Below are positions 13,170 through 25,529 of a stretch of 64,000 nucleotides of DNA, one piece after another. Location: positions 660,936,475-661,000,474 of the forward strand of contig NC_058132.1 in NCBI RefSeq assembly GCF_016433145.1, given 5' to 3'. The position numbers were made by a program, and so were the translations under genes. The notes beneath the pieces were generated by a model. The model saw only the letters and a list, made by a program, of their open reading frames with translations. It had not been told where the DNA came from and searched no databases. Origin of the DNA: Gracilinanus agilis (Eukaryota). Numbering within the stretch: position 1 is the first letter of the stretch; each line of letters opens with the position of its first letter.

Positions 13170-13820
13170 AATTTAATTCCACAAACATTTATTGAGTACC
13201 TACAATATGAAAGATATTATATGTCAGAAATACAAATGTAAAATTAAAATTAACCTAACGTCAAGGAGCTTACATTTTCAGGGAGATAAAACAAGAAAAA
13301 CAAACAAGTTAACAAAAAGATATATAAAGAAATGTAAAAATTTCAAGAGGGAGAGAACACTTAAAAAGGGCAAAGGAAGGGACAAGAAAGTGAATAAGCA
13401 TTTATTAAGTATCTACTATGTGCCAGACACTGGGCAAAGCACTTTATAATATTACTACATTTGGTCCTCATCAGAGCTTTGGGAGATAGGGCCATTATCT
13501 CCATTTTATAGTTGAGGAACTAAGCAGACAGGTTGAGTGACTTGCCTAGGGTCACACAGTTAGAATTTTAACTCAGTTCTTCATAACTATCCACTGTACC
13601 ACTTTCCTGACCTCTTGAAGGAGGTGACATATGTCTTATATTTTGCAGGAAGCTAAGCAAAGGGGAGGATGGAATGAATTTCAAATGTGGGTGCTGGAAG
13701 GAGAGTGACCAGCAGGCCAGTTTTGGAGAAATAGAGCTGAGATTTAAATTGTGAAGTTTTTAAATCCTAGGTTTAGGAGTCTGAATTTTATCTTAGAGTG
13801 AATAGGTAGATATTGAGGAT
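13170..13820 (-). mobile_element. L2 3' fragments with an interleaved MIR
   Basis: aaacatttattgagtacc, taagcatttattaagtatctactatgtgccagacactgg, ccattttatagttgaggaactaag. Confidence 0.65.
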
Positions 13821-13879
13821 ATTTTTTAAAAAATTTAGCCCAAATTTCAGTTTATTCTTTACAAATACAGGTACTTTCC

Positions 13880-14155
13880 ATATTTTATTTTATTTTATTT
13901 TGAATATTTTCCCCTAGTTACATGTTTCATGTTCTCCCCCAACCCCCTAGCTCCCTGAGACAACGCACAAGTCCACTGGGTTTTATATTGTATCTTGATC
14001 AAGACCTAATTCCATATTATTGATAGTTGGACTAGAGTTATCTTTTGGTGTCTACATCCCCAATAATATCCCCATCAGTCCATGTGTTCAAATGTTGTTT
14101 TTCTTCTGTGTTTCTCCTCCCACAATTCTTCCTCTGAATGTGGCTAGTTTTCTGT
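13880..14155 (-). mobile_element. Opossum L1 3' end (5'-truncated)
   Basis: tttattttattttttgaatattttcccctagttacatg...cctcccacaattcttcctctgaatgtggctag. Confidence 0.85.
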
Positions 14156-14524
14156 CTATTGAGGATTTCTTAAAGAAATAGAGAGGACAGTTGACTATGC
14201 CACAAATGTGGGTAGAAACTGCTGCTGGAGAAAATTTGAAAGTGGGCTGAGTAGCTACAGAGTTCTTCATGGCAAATTGCTGCTGAAACAAAACATCATT
14301 CTTAAAGAATATTCCAAGTAGCCAAAGAAACTCAGGAATTTGGCTCATTTCATAGAATAAGAAGATATAATGGCTGTTAGGACCTTTCATTCTAGAATAT
14401 GGAAACTGATGTTCTTTTGAAGTTACATCTGAAAGGACAACCAAAATGCCAAAAACTAGGACCATAACCCAAATTGCCAGCCTCTTGGTCCTTCCTATTG
14501 TAGCATGATGTTTCTCTTAATTAA

Positions 14525-14900
14525 AAGATGTAGAATTATAGAATTTTACATTTGGACGGGAGCTTAACAATTGTTTATTCAAACCCATATCCAAAAGACT
14601 TCCCCAATATAATGGTCCTGACAAAACACTATTTGTAGTTCTCCAATAAGAGGAATGCCACCAACCCCTCAGGTAGCCTGTTCAACTTTTGGATACATCC
14701 AACTCTTAGAAAACTTTATTTTATTTTAATTTTTTGGCCAGCCTGACATCAGCTCTTAATTTGCCTCTTTTTACCTTCTTCCCTTCGCTATTGATTCTGT
14801 CTTCTGGAGCCAAAAGAACAAGTCGAATCTCTCTTTCACTTATCAGTCCTTCAAATACTTGAAGAAAACAATCATTTATCTTCCTAGAGAATCACAGCCT
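14525..14900 (-). mobile_element. L3/CR1 3' fragment
   Basis: agaattatagaattttacatttggacgggagc...caggtagcctgttcaacttttgga...tcagtccttcaaatacttgaag. Confidence 0.7.
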
Positions 14901-15001
14901 GGAATTAATCTTAACATCTAGTTCAACCTATACCCCAAAGGTATATATAAGATAAAGACTTCACACGTAGTTGTTGTCCTTTGTTTAAAGACATCCAAGG
15001 A

Positions 15002-15047
15002 GAATCATGTAACCATGGAAAAATATTCTAATTAAATAAATTTTAAA
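15002..15047 (+). mobile_element. 46-bp L1 3'-terminal micro-insertion with 15-bp TSD
   Basis: gaatcatgtaaccatggaaaaatattcta plus AT tail matches the opossum L1 terminus (compare the copy near 13900); TSD aaagacatccaagga at 14987-15001 and 15048-15062, preceded by TTT. Confidence 0.85.
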
Positions 15048-15689
15048 AAAGACATCCAAGGAAAGGGAACTGACCACCTTTTAAGGCAGCCTGAATAGTT
15101 TTGACTTTGGGTTAGTTCCAAGTTTTAGATTCCATCTTCAACATTGAGGATAAATTGGCATTTTTTGAGTTACATTCATCACTCTTGGTTATGTGTTCTG
15201 TATTTCCTTTCTATTACCTCCTCGTGCCTGGTTTGAAAGAAAAACCATTCTTCTACAATGCAGGTCTTAGGGGGTGATGAGAAAATTTCATGTAGGAGTT
15301 GTGAGAGCTGAAAACCAATAGTCTTACTGGTGTGATCTGTGAGAGAGAACATGACCAATCCTTTACCATCACAGACTCATATTATTCCCAATTCTCTTCC
15401 CTTCCCATGCCTGCTAGAATAGAATCTGTCAAGTTTTTTTTATCATATTCAAGCAAACTTTATCTACATCCCTCCTCTGACCTCCCAATTGAATATATCT
15501 ACCAAAAAAGGAAATGAGGTTACTTTGGCATGACTAATGATGAAGTAATACTGGCTCCTTTTGATCTTTTGCTTCTTTTTCAACATACTGCTTAATTGTA
15601 CATTCATAGAATAGTCTACAATTTTGCCAAGAATCAAAGTGAAGGTCATTGACTTTATTGTAGCTACCACTCTCTTTGTTTTATCTCTA

Positions 15690-16200
15690 TAGGATTGCAA
15701 TGGAATATGATCATGCCATAAGAGATGACAAACAAGAAAAGCAGAAGAAACCTAGAAAGACTTATATGAAATGATGCAAAGTGAAGTGAGCAGAACCAGG
15801 AGAACAGCAATAATATCTGCTGATTGACTGCGATGGACTTAATTAGGCAAGGATCCAGGACAACTCCAAGGATGTTGTGATGAAAAAGGGTATCCACTGT
15901 CACAGAAGGACCAGAAGGAGTCCAAACGCAAGTTGAAACATGCCATTCTTTTCTTTATTTCCACCATAAATTTTTCTATAGTGAAAGCAATATGTGTTTT
16001 GTTTTACAAAAGACAAACAGGGAAATAAGTATTACACAGTAATATAATAATAAGTGTACAACCTATATAAATAATACTTGCCTTCTTGGGGAAGGAGATG
16101 GAGTGGGATAGGTGGGAAAGAATAAGATATAGATTTTTGTACATAGCTAAAAGGAAATTTTTTTTCTCTTGGATAAGAATATTTATTGTAATTTATTATA
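15690..16200 (+). mobile_element. Marsupial L1 3' end
   Basis: gacttatatgaaatgatgcaaagtgaagtgagcagaaccaggagaac...caggacaactccaagg. Confidence 0.8.
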
Positions 16201-16329
16201 GATGTAAGAAATCAAGTGTATTATGTTATTTTTATATGATATATTATATTATGTTACATATAAAAACAGATGGTGAAAATAATTAACATTTTTTTCTAAT
16301 CATGAGATTTTCCCCTTACTGTAACTTTA

Positions 16330-16780
16330 GGATGCTAAAATGAATGACTACTAGGTGCTCAGTAACAATATTAGCCAGTTCTTCAATACCCTGTAATAGA
16401 ATGTGTTTTGACCTAATGACTTGGAATCTTTTAGGGCAACTGGATATTATCTTGCTATCAGCTATGATGTTGCTTAGGGTGAGATGGAACCAGTTGGCAT
16501 CCCATGGGCAAGAGTAGAAGAGACCTATGGTTGGGATGAGATTCCAGAGAGCTCCACTTCATTTTGTCTGCTATTACAGTATGATTTTCTTAATACGACT
16601 AAAGGCATGTCCTTATTTATGAAGCCCTCAAAGTGCATCAGAAAGCAAATATTGATCCGGGTGACAAGGAACCTCGGTAGTCCTGGCATTTTGCGATAGG
16701 GTGAAGTCCTGTTGGATAATGAGATGTACATTAATCATGGATGAACTGCTTTTGGTTTGGCAGAGTGGGAGAAACTTGAG
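16330..16780 (-). mobile_element. L3/CR1 ORF2 fragment
   Basis: Minus strand encodes KS.G....YRVLK/ELANIVTEHL, resembling CR1 KSPGPD..HPRVLKELADVIAEPL. Confidence 0.6.
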
Positions 16781-17094
16781 AAAGCTATTCTCATTCTAGA
16801 GGGTTGGATGAGCTTCAGAGAGGAAAGGGCATTTGCCCAGGGTCACGAAGCAGGCAAATGCCTGGACTAGAATCCAAATCCAGGAATTCCTGAGTCCAAG
16901 TCTAGCACTCTCCAATAGAATGCAATAATGATGAGGATAATTAACAACTATATAGTGCTTTAATATTGTATGGAAATTAGAAGGCCAGCTCTTGGTATAA
17001 AGTAGGATTTAGAGCTCAATATTCTGCCTCTGGACTTTTCCACTGTACTATTTGCCTGTTCCATTAATTTTTTTAGGGGTCCCTGTTGAAGGAT

Positions 17095-17325
17095 ATTATA
17101 GGTGACAAAGTAGATAGAACACAGGGCCTGGTATCAGGAACACCTGAGTTCAAATCTGGCTTCAGGCACTCATTAGCCGTTACCCTAGGCAAGGTATTTA
17201 ACCCCATTTGCCTCAGTTTCCTCATCTGAAAAATGAGCTGAAGAAGGAAATGACAAATGGCTCATTACCCAGAAAACACAGAATGGGGTCACAAAGAGTG
17301 GGACATGATTGAAACCACTAAACAC
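17095..17325 (+). mobile_element. MAR1 SINE
   Basis: cctgagttcaaatctggc...cctcagtttcctcatctg...gaaggaaatgacaaa...aatggggtcacaaagagtgggac. Confidence 0.85.
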
Positions 17326-17999
17326 GAAAAGGAACTGGGAGCAGTTTGGGATAGGCCTCCTAGGAGAGGTGGCACATGAGGTCAATCTTGGAAAAAAATC
17401 AAAGGATTATGGTCAGTCCCAGCTCCCAGAAAGCTTTCAATAACTCGCTTCTCCTTTCTCTGCTAAAATTCTTCCTTTGAAAACAATAAGAAAGGCCTCC
17501 CTCCAAGCTCTCACAAAAAGAATCACAGCTTGAAGTCTGAGGTTCTCCAAAGCAGAACAAAACATTTCAGTATTTAAAAGTTAATCAGCATTTTAATTAG
17601 TCAGCTTAAGCTTTTTATTTAAGAAAGGAAAAGCAGGACCCATCCAGAGCTAAGGAAGCCAAGTTTTCAGCCCAGTGTTATTTGAAATGTCAATTTAGAA
17701 CTCTTGAAAGGAAAATCAAATGTAATGAAATAATAAGGAAGGAGTGGGAAGGAGATGCTGGCACTGAGGATGATGATGATGGGAGGTGCTGGTGCCCAGG
17801 TCCTCCAACCCCCTTCCCTGTGCTTCTGGAGCTGACGTTTCACTGGGAAACTTTCAAGCCATCAGGCAATGTTGTCACTTGTCTGTTCCCCACATTCTCT
17901 CTGGCAATCTGAACCTGAATCATCTGGGAGCTGACCGCCCTACTACCTTCCAGAGTGTGGGATTCTTCAGAGTCACTAGGGACCAAGTGTAGTCAGTGT

Positions 18000-18720
18000 C
18001 AACAGCATAAGAAGCTGCAAGTGACAGAAAAAGAACTTTTATAGAGAGCAGGGAAGGGAAAGAGGAAGGGAGGCAGAGAGATAATCAGAGATGAAGAAGG
18101 GAGGAGACAAAGACAAGAGACAAAAATAGAAAAAAATGAGATACAGATAAGAACCAAAAGGAGAGAGGAGAGAGAGACAGAAGCACATAGAAGCAGAGAC
18201 ATAAAGAAGGGAGAAACAAGCAAAGGTAAAATATGAGACAAAAACAGAAGAGAGAGATGAGACAGACAGATAAGGATAAAAAAAGAGAGAGATGGGACAG
18301 AGAGACACACAGGCAGAGACAGAGAGGGATAGAGACAGAGATAGTCAAAGTGAGCCAGAGAAAGATAGAGAGAAAAACAGTCAGGCAGGCTGACACAGAT
18401 AAAGAAGGGAGGCGACAAACATAGGAAAAATAAGAGAAATAAAAAGCAATCAAAAACAGAATGAGTGGGAAAGAAATAGAGATAAAGAGACAGAAATGCT
18501 GAGATAGCCATAGATGGACACAGAGAAAGAGACAGAGATGAGACATAGAAGTGACCCCAGAGACTATCAAAGGGAGAAAGAGAGAGTCAGAGAGATGGAG
18601 CAGGGAGAGATAGAAGCATTGAGTAGAATAAGGAGAGAAAGAAAAAAAGAAAAGAGGGGAGGGAGACAGAAAGGAGAAGAGAGTAGGTGGAGATGGAGAT
18701 GGGGAGGGGGGAGAGAGAGA
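18000..18720. repeat. ~720-bp GA-rich polypurine low-complexity tract
   Basis: Degenerate gaga/agac/gaaa units, plus strand almost all purine. Confidence 0.9.
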
Positions 18721-18759
18721 GAATATCCTAAGGCTGCTCATTATTTTGTAGTTTGTTGA

Positions 18760-19080
18760 TCAATTTTTCATATGCAGTGGTTTGGGCCAACTTGTTAATC
18801 CATTTTGCTTCCGAAAGCTCTGCCACAGTCTTTCATTTACATAGTATAATTTTGTTGGCGCTGTCGTACCACTTACGCTAATCCATTTAGTAACCTTATA
18901 AAACCATTTGACAGTTCCGAGGCATCCTCCAGCAAGTAGAAAAAGGCATACCAATTTGGGCCTCCTCCTGCTGTGTTCCAAAGGGAGAATGCTGAATCTT
19001 GCCCTCTGGTCAGCAGATGGCAGACCTCATATGGGCAAGGCTTGAAAAACAACTCTAACAAAACACTACAATAGCTGGTG
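18760..19080. promoter_or_regulatory. Candidate enhancer/insulator (unique sequence)
   Basis: No repeat recognised; 5 CpGs in 18812-18919; TAATCC at 18796 and 18879; CTCF-like cagcagatggcag at 19011-19023. Confidence 0.35.
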
Positions 19081-19199
19081 GCTTCCATTACTCAAAGGAA
19101 ACAATGCTCTTTTCTGTGAAGTGCTTTTAAATTATAAAATGAATAAAGAGGAGGGTGAATGTAATAGAAGAAGTCACAAATGGCCATAGAGCACAAGCT

Positions 19200-19990
19200 T
19201 AAGATCATTGATTTGGGACTAGAAGGGAACTCTGAGGTCATCTCATCTCATCCCATCATTTCATAGTTGAGGAAACTGAGGTTCAGAGAGTTTAATGAAC
19301 TTGTCTGGGATGACACAGGCTGAGTCTAGACTTGAACCCCAGTCTTCTTGGCTCCAAGTCCAGTACCCTTCCCATCATGCTGTCTTGACCCTCTTCAACT
19401 GATAACTAACATTTGTATTGCCCTTTAATGTTAGTAAAGCACATCTCATTTTGAAGCTCACAAAAAAGGTGAAAAATTCTTATTCAAGATTCATTCTTAT
19501 CCCCTTAATTCATAGATGCATAAGTCGAGGCTCAGAAAGGTTAAGTGCCTTGTCCAGGGTCACACAGTGAGCAAGGTCAGAGGCAGTATTTGAATACAGG
19601 TTTTGCCTATGGCAAAATACATAGCTATATAGTGGAATTTCAACTCAACTTTTCCTGCATCCAAGTCTGACACTCTATCTGTCATGCCAGGCTGCCTTAA
19701 AAGGATGAAGTTGTCTCTTTTCATTAAGGTTAGGCTAGGCTCTTGCTCAGAGGTTAGTTTTTGAATGCTTAAGTGATCAACCAGCAAGAATGACTAGTCT
19801 GAGTTGCCATTATTCATTAGTAATCATTAGATTAAGAGCTGGAATAAACCTTAGAGGACATTTAGTCCAAACTCCTCATTTCACTATGAGGAAACCGAGT
19901 CAGAGAGGTAAGCTTTCTCGTTCAAGGTTATAAGATGTTGTTACAGAGACAGCATTTGGTTTTGTATCCTCAGACTCCAATTCGGTCATC
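19200..19990 (-). mobile_element. Cluster of three MIR fragments
   Basis: gaggaaactgaggttcagagag, aggctcagaaaggttaagtgccttgtccagggtcacac, gaggaaaccgagtcagagagg. Confidence 0.75.
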
Positions 19991-21334
19991 CCACATCAAA
20001 AGAATGGGCCAAAAAAGGAAGATCCATTTAAAGACTTTTCAGATGGATAGTTTTGCTGTGATTAATCCAGCATAGTTGACCCAAACATATAACACAGTCT
20101 GTATTTCCACTTAGGATTGAAGATGTTTTAAGGGTGGGGGAGACAAGAATGGAACTCATAAAAACAAATAATTTTCATCTGTCAAAACAATACCCCGTCC
20201 TCCACCACAGTGAACATTTATGAACGAGTAAAGGGTGATATTTTGTGTTCTGAGGAATCTCCAGATTCATAGAGGGTCATAGCAGAGGTATATGGAGGGT
20301 ATGATTGTTTTTCTGATAGAAAAACATGTGAAACACATTATATAACAAGATGGAGGTCTTGACGCTTTCTCCAATGCTCATGACTTCTCAAACTTCTTTA
20401 TGATAGAAATTAATGACAAGAGACAAAGCAATTTCATCTGTCTGCTTAGTCCAAGAAACCATGAACCACAAGGAGGAAAACCCAATAGACTAAGAGTAGA
20501 GAAGGCTAATTCCTAATCTCTAGAATGTTCCTCACCACTTCCTGTCCCACTGGCCACCAAACTCTGGCAGGGCTGTATGAACTCGCCTATGGCTGTGCGC
20601 CAGAATGAAATCCCATCTCCAGCCCTTCTTTCTGTGTTGCAGAAAACCAAAAGGCTTGCTGAGTAGCATCACTCTGAATTGTAACAAAACTCAGATGGGG
20701 AACTGAGGTAGAGAGGAAAATGGAGTAGAATTTCAGCATATCTGGCATGCCACTAAGAAATTGGACCAGAATCCAGATGGGACAAGTTCTATTCTCCCAA
20801 AAGACATTTATGGCATAGACTAAGGCTAGTGAGAAAAGGGAAGAGACAGCTTTGAGGTTTAGTTCCTTTGGAAACTACCATCAAAGGGGAAGAAGTCAGG
20901 AGGTGAGTAATAAGGGAATATAAGCAAAAAAAAAAAAGACGGAAATGATCAAAGATCTCAAGAAGAAGAACATTCAGTTAATTTGAACATGAAGAGATGA
21001 ACCAACAGGGCAGATATTAATAGCAGAAGAGAACATGGCCTCCACATCAACTAAATAAGTCTAGACATCAAGACATGAAAATATATGAAACAGAAAAATG
21101 TTTAAGCACCATATATGGATAGATCCACATCTGTTATTTATGGAAAATTCCTTCTAAAAAGCAAAATAACCCCAGAGTACAGAGACTGCTGTCATATGTT
21201 CTTAGGACTGCGTATCATCAAAGAGATTTTCTAGTTTGGAGGCAAAAAGTAGTTGTTCATGCTGGGATGTTTAAAGCCTTCTTCTCCTGGGTCTTCCCTT
21301 ATCCCATCACTATCAGTAGATTGTAAAAGAAAAA

Positions 21335-21480
21335 ATTTAGAGCTAGAAAGAACCTTAGAGACCAAAGATAATCTCTTCTTATTTTACAGGTGAAGAAACT
21401 GAGTTCCAAAGACTCAGTGACTTGCCCAGGATTTCATAGCCAGTAAATGTGAGAAAAAGGATTTTAAAATATTCTTTTCC
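21335..21480 (-). mobile_element. MIR fragment
   Basis: ttttacaggtgaagaaactgagt...gtgacttgcccagg. Confidence 0.7.
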
Positions 21481-22368
21481 CACTATATGTTTAGCATTCA
21501 ATTTACTACTCCATGTGGACCTTATTGACTACTTGACTAAGAAAATGGGTGATGCATTATCTCTTCTCTCTACTATACACCTCAAGTCCCTCTCTATCTC
21601 TACCCTTTCTTCCTGCAGCTCTAATTCAGAGCACAGTTTATCCAAACATATAACAACATCTGAATTTTTCAGCTGAATTGAAAGACTGCAACACACGGGG
21701 GTCAAAGAAGTAGGGAGGCAGGAATGGATTTCTGAAGAAAATCTTAACAACTCAAAACAACAATACCAATGCTCAGTTTCTGAGGAAGAGAGATTGCCCA
21801 TCTCTTTTCATGGCCAGCCTTGCTATTGAGAGCCAGCCTGCCCAGCCATCCCTAGCGATATTAGAGTTTAAGAGCTGACAGCAATTTTAACTCTTTTGGA
21901 AATGGAGGGGGAGTATAGAGGAATATCATCTGACTTTTGTATAGCCCTCCCTGCCATAATAGGTCCCAGAAAAGCCTGGTGTCCAAATGGTCAGTGATGG
22001 AGGCGGTAGATTTCTGTTTATTTGCAGGGTTTTCTGTTTACCTATAGTACTCCCTGCCCCCTTAATTCCACATTGTGACCCCTCATAAATCCTCTGGACT
22101 GGCTTGGAGAGTCAGCTTTCTGTTTTATTAATGGGAGAGACGCTTTTAATTCAAAAGTGAATTCTTCTTTGGAAAAGGGGTTGCCACCTCTATCGACTTT
22201 CAAATCTGGCAAAACTTGGAATCATGAAGATCATGAAATATTACTTTATACTCTGGGAGAGCTGCTGAGAAGCAAGGTCTAGGTCTTAGCAAATGGCCTA
22301 ACCTGACTTGATGAGAAGAAAGAGGAGGAGGCACTTTAGGACACAGCAGTCTTCCTATATCAATTTCT

Positions 22369-22369
<1 letters not shown>

Positions 22370-22442
<73 letters not shown>

Positions 22443-22740
22443 TCCTCTCCTCTCTCTCCCTCTCCCTTCTTCTCCTCTGTCTCTACCTCCCTCTAGCCCT
22501 CCCTCCTTTTCTANCTCTCTCTCTCTCTCTCTCTCTCCCCTCTTCCTGTCCTCTCTCTCCCTCTCCCTCTCCCTTCTCCTTCTCCGTCTCCCTTCTTCTC
22601 CTCTGTCTCTCTGTCTCTACCTCCCTCTAGCCCTCCCTCCTTTTCTAGCCTCTCTCTTTCTCTCCTCACTCTGTCTCTCTGTCTTTCAGTCAGTCTCTTT
22701 CTCTTTTATCTCTTCATTGCTGATGGATCATGAGCATTGT
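22370..22740. repeat. (CT)n microsatellite and polypyrimidine tract
   Basis: Perfect (tc)n at 22371-22438, then degenerate CT-rich sequence with a single N at 22514. Confidence 0.92.
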
Positions 22741-22999
22741 AGCCTCTGGGAGCAATTCCTAATCTTTCTTTTACTTCTTTAAGAGATGGTCAGAAGAACA
22801 AAAGGTTTTCCATACTCTTCTCTCTGTCCTTTCTTTCCCTTTGACTTAAACTGAGAGGGGCTTCAAATTCATCTGGTCTGCCCCTCTCGTTTTATAAATG
22901 GGAAAACAGAATACTGCAGAGAGAAATGCTTGGCTAAAAGTCCCACAGCTGGGGCAGTTCATCTGGGGCTTGAGCTCAACTCTTTTGACTCTCAAGGAG

Positions 23000-23490
23000 C
23001 TTACTGTCTAAAAGGGCAGACAACATGTGAACAACTATATACAACCATGTTATATGCAGGATAAATTATAAATAACCAATGATAGAACAGCACTAGAATT
23101 AAGAGGAGTTGAGAAAGGCTTCTCATAGTAGATGGGATTTTATCTGGGAGAGAAAGGAAGTCAGGGAAGACAGTAGGCAACAATGGGGGGCATTACAGTA
23201 GGCATGGGGAGCAGCCAGGCAAAATGCTTGGAGTTGGGAGCTGTAGAGTCTTATTAGAGGAATAACAAGGAGGCCAACATTGCTGGCAGAATTAAGTGGT
23301 AGTAGAACTAGGAGTGTAAGATATAAGAAAACTGGCAGAGTGGAGGGCAGGTAAATACAACAAGACTAGAAATATCAGTTGGAACTAGTCAAGAAAAAAG
23401 GTTTTAAATGCCCTATTCAGGAGGTTATATTTTACTTTCAAAGCTGTGGGGAGCCATTGAAGGTTTTTGAGTAGGAGAGTGACAGAGTTA
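23000..23490 (-). mobile_element. L2 (marsupial-type) fragment
   Basis: aggagttgagaaaggcttct...aggaagtcagg...gggagccattgaaggtttttgagtaggagagtgaca. Confidence 0.7.
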
Positions 23491-24549
23491 GCCCTGTGAG
23501 ACAAGAATGAGTTCATCTAAGGGGCCGCTATCGAGAGAAACAGAAACAAAACAGGAATTAGGTTAATACACATGGAAAAGAAAAGACACATCTCTCACTG
23601 GCAAATACCATTCATGTTGTCTGCTTATAAGCACAAACTGAGCAGCCAGAAATATAAGAGGGAAAAATGAAGGTGACTCAACAGAGGCAAAAGAGCATAA
23701 ATCAATCCTTCAAATCAGAGTCTGGCACCTTGGGATGATGGAGGATATTTGTAGCAACTGTATCAGATGGATATTTCACTGATTGAATTCTTTCCTCATC
23801 AAGAGAGAGTTAGATGATAACATTCCTGGCAAAAAAGGTTTGGTGGGGTAGAGAAGTGGGAAGGGGGAGGTAGGAATCCAGACCTTGCCCTCTCTGATTT
23901 ATGCTTTTCCAGAGGCGCAGGCTTGGGACTTGAATCGATGGGAAAAATGTTTTAAGTGAGACTGATATGCCGACTTTAAAAGAAATGATGCAAGAAAAAG
24001 GAGTTGATTTATTTACTTATAGACTCCTTTCAGCTGTTAGCCCAATAAACATCAGCAATAGAAATACCAGGACCAACATTTCCAAAGTAACAAAATGGAC
24101 ACAAGAATTACAAATACTTTTTTTTGTCTTTTATGATTAATTATCATGAAAGCCCATCTATTTACCTTCAATATATTCTGAGGGATGGTGTATGGCCATG
24201 AGCACTGGAACACTAGAGTCACCAAATAATTGAATTCTAGGTTCACTTGACGGGCAATGGCGATGGTGAGATTTAGGGAAGGAGGCAACAGGCAGCAACA
24301 CATTATAAACAGGGTTTCGAAGAAGTAGTACAAGCATCAAATGTCTAAGTGAGCTTCAAAGGCCCCTTGCAGGTCTGATAGACTCTCCTAGGTAGAGCGA
24401 TTGGAAGATGAGAATGAGAATCATTGGGCAGCCATGGAAGGGTTATGGCATATACGATTAGAGGGAAAGCTAATATCAAAGCAATTATGGATCCAAGGAA
24501 TGCTGGAGTATCAGATCCTATGATATATATGGGAAGAGATCTTATGTGT

Positions 24550-24551
<2 letters not shown>

Positions 24552-24594
<43 letters not shown>
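24552..24594. repeat. (AC)~21 microsatellite
   Basis: Perfect dinucleotide run. Confidence 0.97.
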
Positions 24595-24595
<1 letters not shown>

Positions 24596-25529
24596 CTGAC
24601 AGCATTCCATTTGGCCTTAACTCTACAGCAAGCATGACTTTCTCTAGGCAGACTAATTTCATCACTGAGTACCATGGCCATACTGGTTCCCCATCTGTGC
24701 CTTTAATCATGATGCCTTCTGCAAAAGAAATAATTTCTTCTTTCATCTCTTCCTAAATAAAAAATGTGCATATATATGTACATAGAATCTCAGTGCATGT
24801 GCACAAAAATATTGGGATATTTTCTATAGCTCAAACATGTCATATATATATATATATGTTTATATATGTGTGTATGTATATATGTTAGCAAGAACCTTAT
24901 TCTTAGTGGCCTCTAAGAAATTACAACTTTAGTTCTGAGTGGAGATTTACTCCACTTTTTTATACTAGACCCAGTTTAAAAAAAACAAACATCCTTTCCC
25001 TCCCCTGAATTCCTATTTAGAAAATAATTTTTAAATCCCACAAAGAGGCTTTGAGTAATAACTATGCTTAAATGTATTAATTTTCTATTTTAGTGGTAAA
25101 AGAGACACTGATGAGATATTTATGATAAGAGCAGAGACAGATTCCCAGGTAGAATGCAGAACCTTAGTTACCCGCATCAAAGAGGAAGCTGACAAGGTCT
25201 AGTCATATGCAAAGTGATGACTAATGTGTTAGCATCAGAGACTCACAGTTTTTCTTTCAAATAATGTTTGAATCTTTAATAAGTTGATAAAATTAGTTTT
25301 AAGACAATTGCAAGGAAATGTACTGAACCTTCTTGAAGGAATGAGGCTTAAAAACTGTTATTCATATACTTTTAAGGCATTTTACATAAGAGATTCATTC
25401 ATTTATTTATTGATCCATTCAAGGAATCTTTATTAAATTCTTGCTATAAGCAATAAACTCATCTGGAAGCTGCTTCTACAAGTTGATATTGAACATAACT
25501 TATTGAAGTGGGGGTAGTTTATTTGTTTA

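Noticed and set aside
14088-14465. 125-aa minus-strand ORF
   Set aside because: No recognisable domain; it runs into an L1 3'UTR and is of chance length. The segment 14160-14500 remains unassigned.
17999-18759. Overlapping ORFs up to 218 aa
   Set aside because: The GA/CT low-complexity tract lacks stops by composition; the peptides are Leu/Ser/Phe or Arg/Glu repeats.
20600-22030. Strong plus-strand acceptors near 20642, 21619 and 22025
   Set aside because: For the first two, downstream frames close within a few codons; the third was not followed up. Nothing in the sequence distinguishes them from decoys.
24345-24756. ORFs of 133 and 110 aa
   Set aside because: They span the (AC)n run (VCVC/HTHT) and show no homology.
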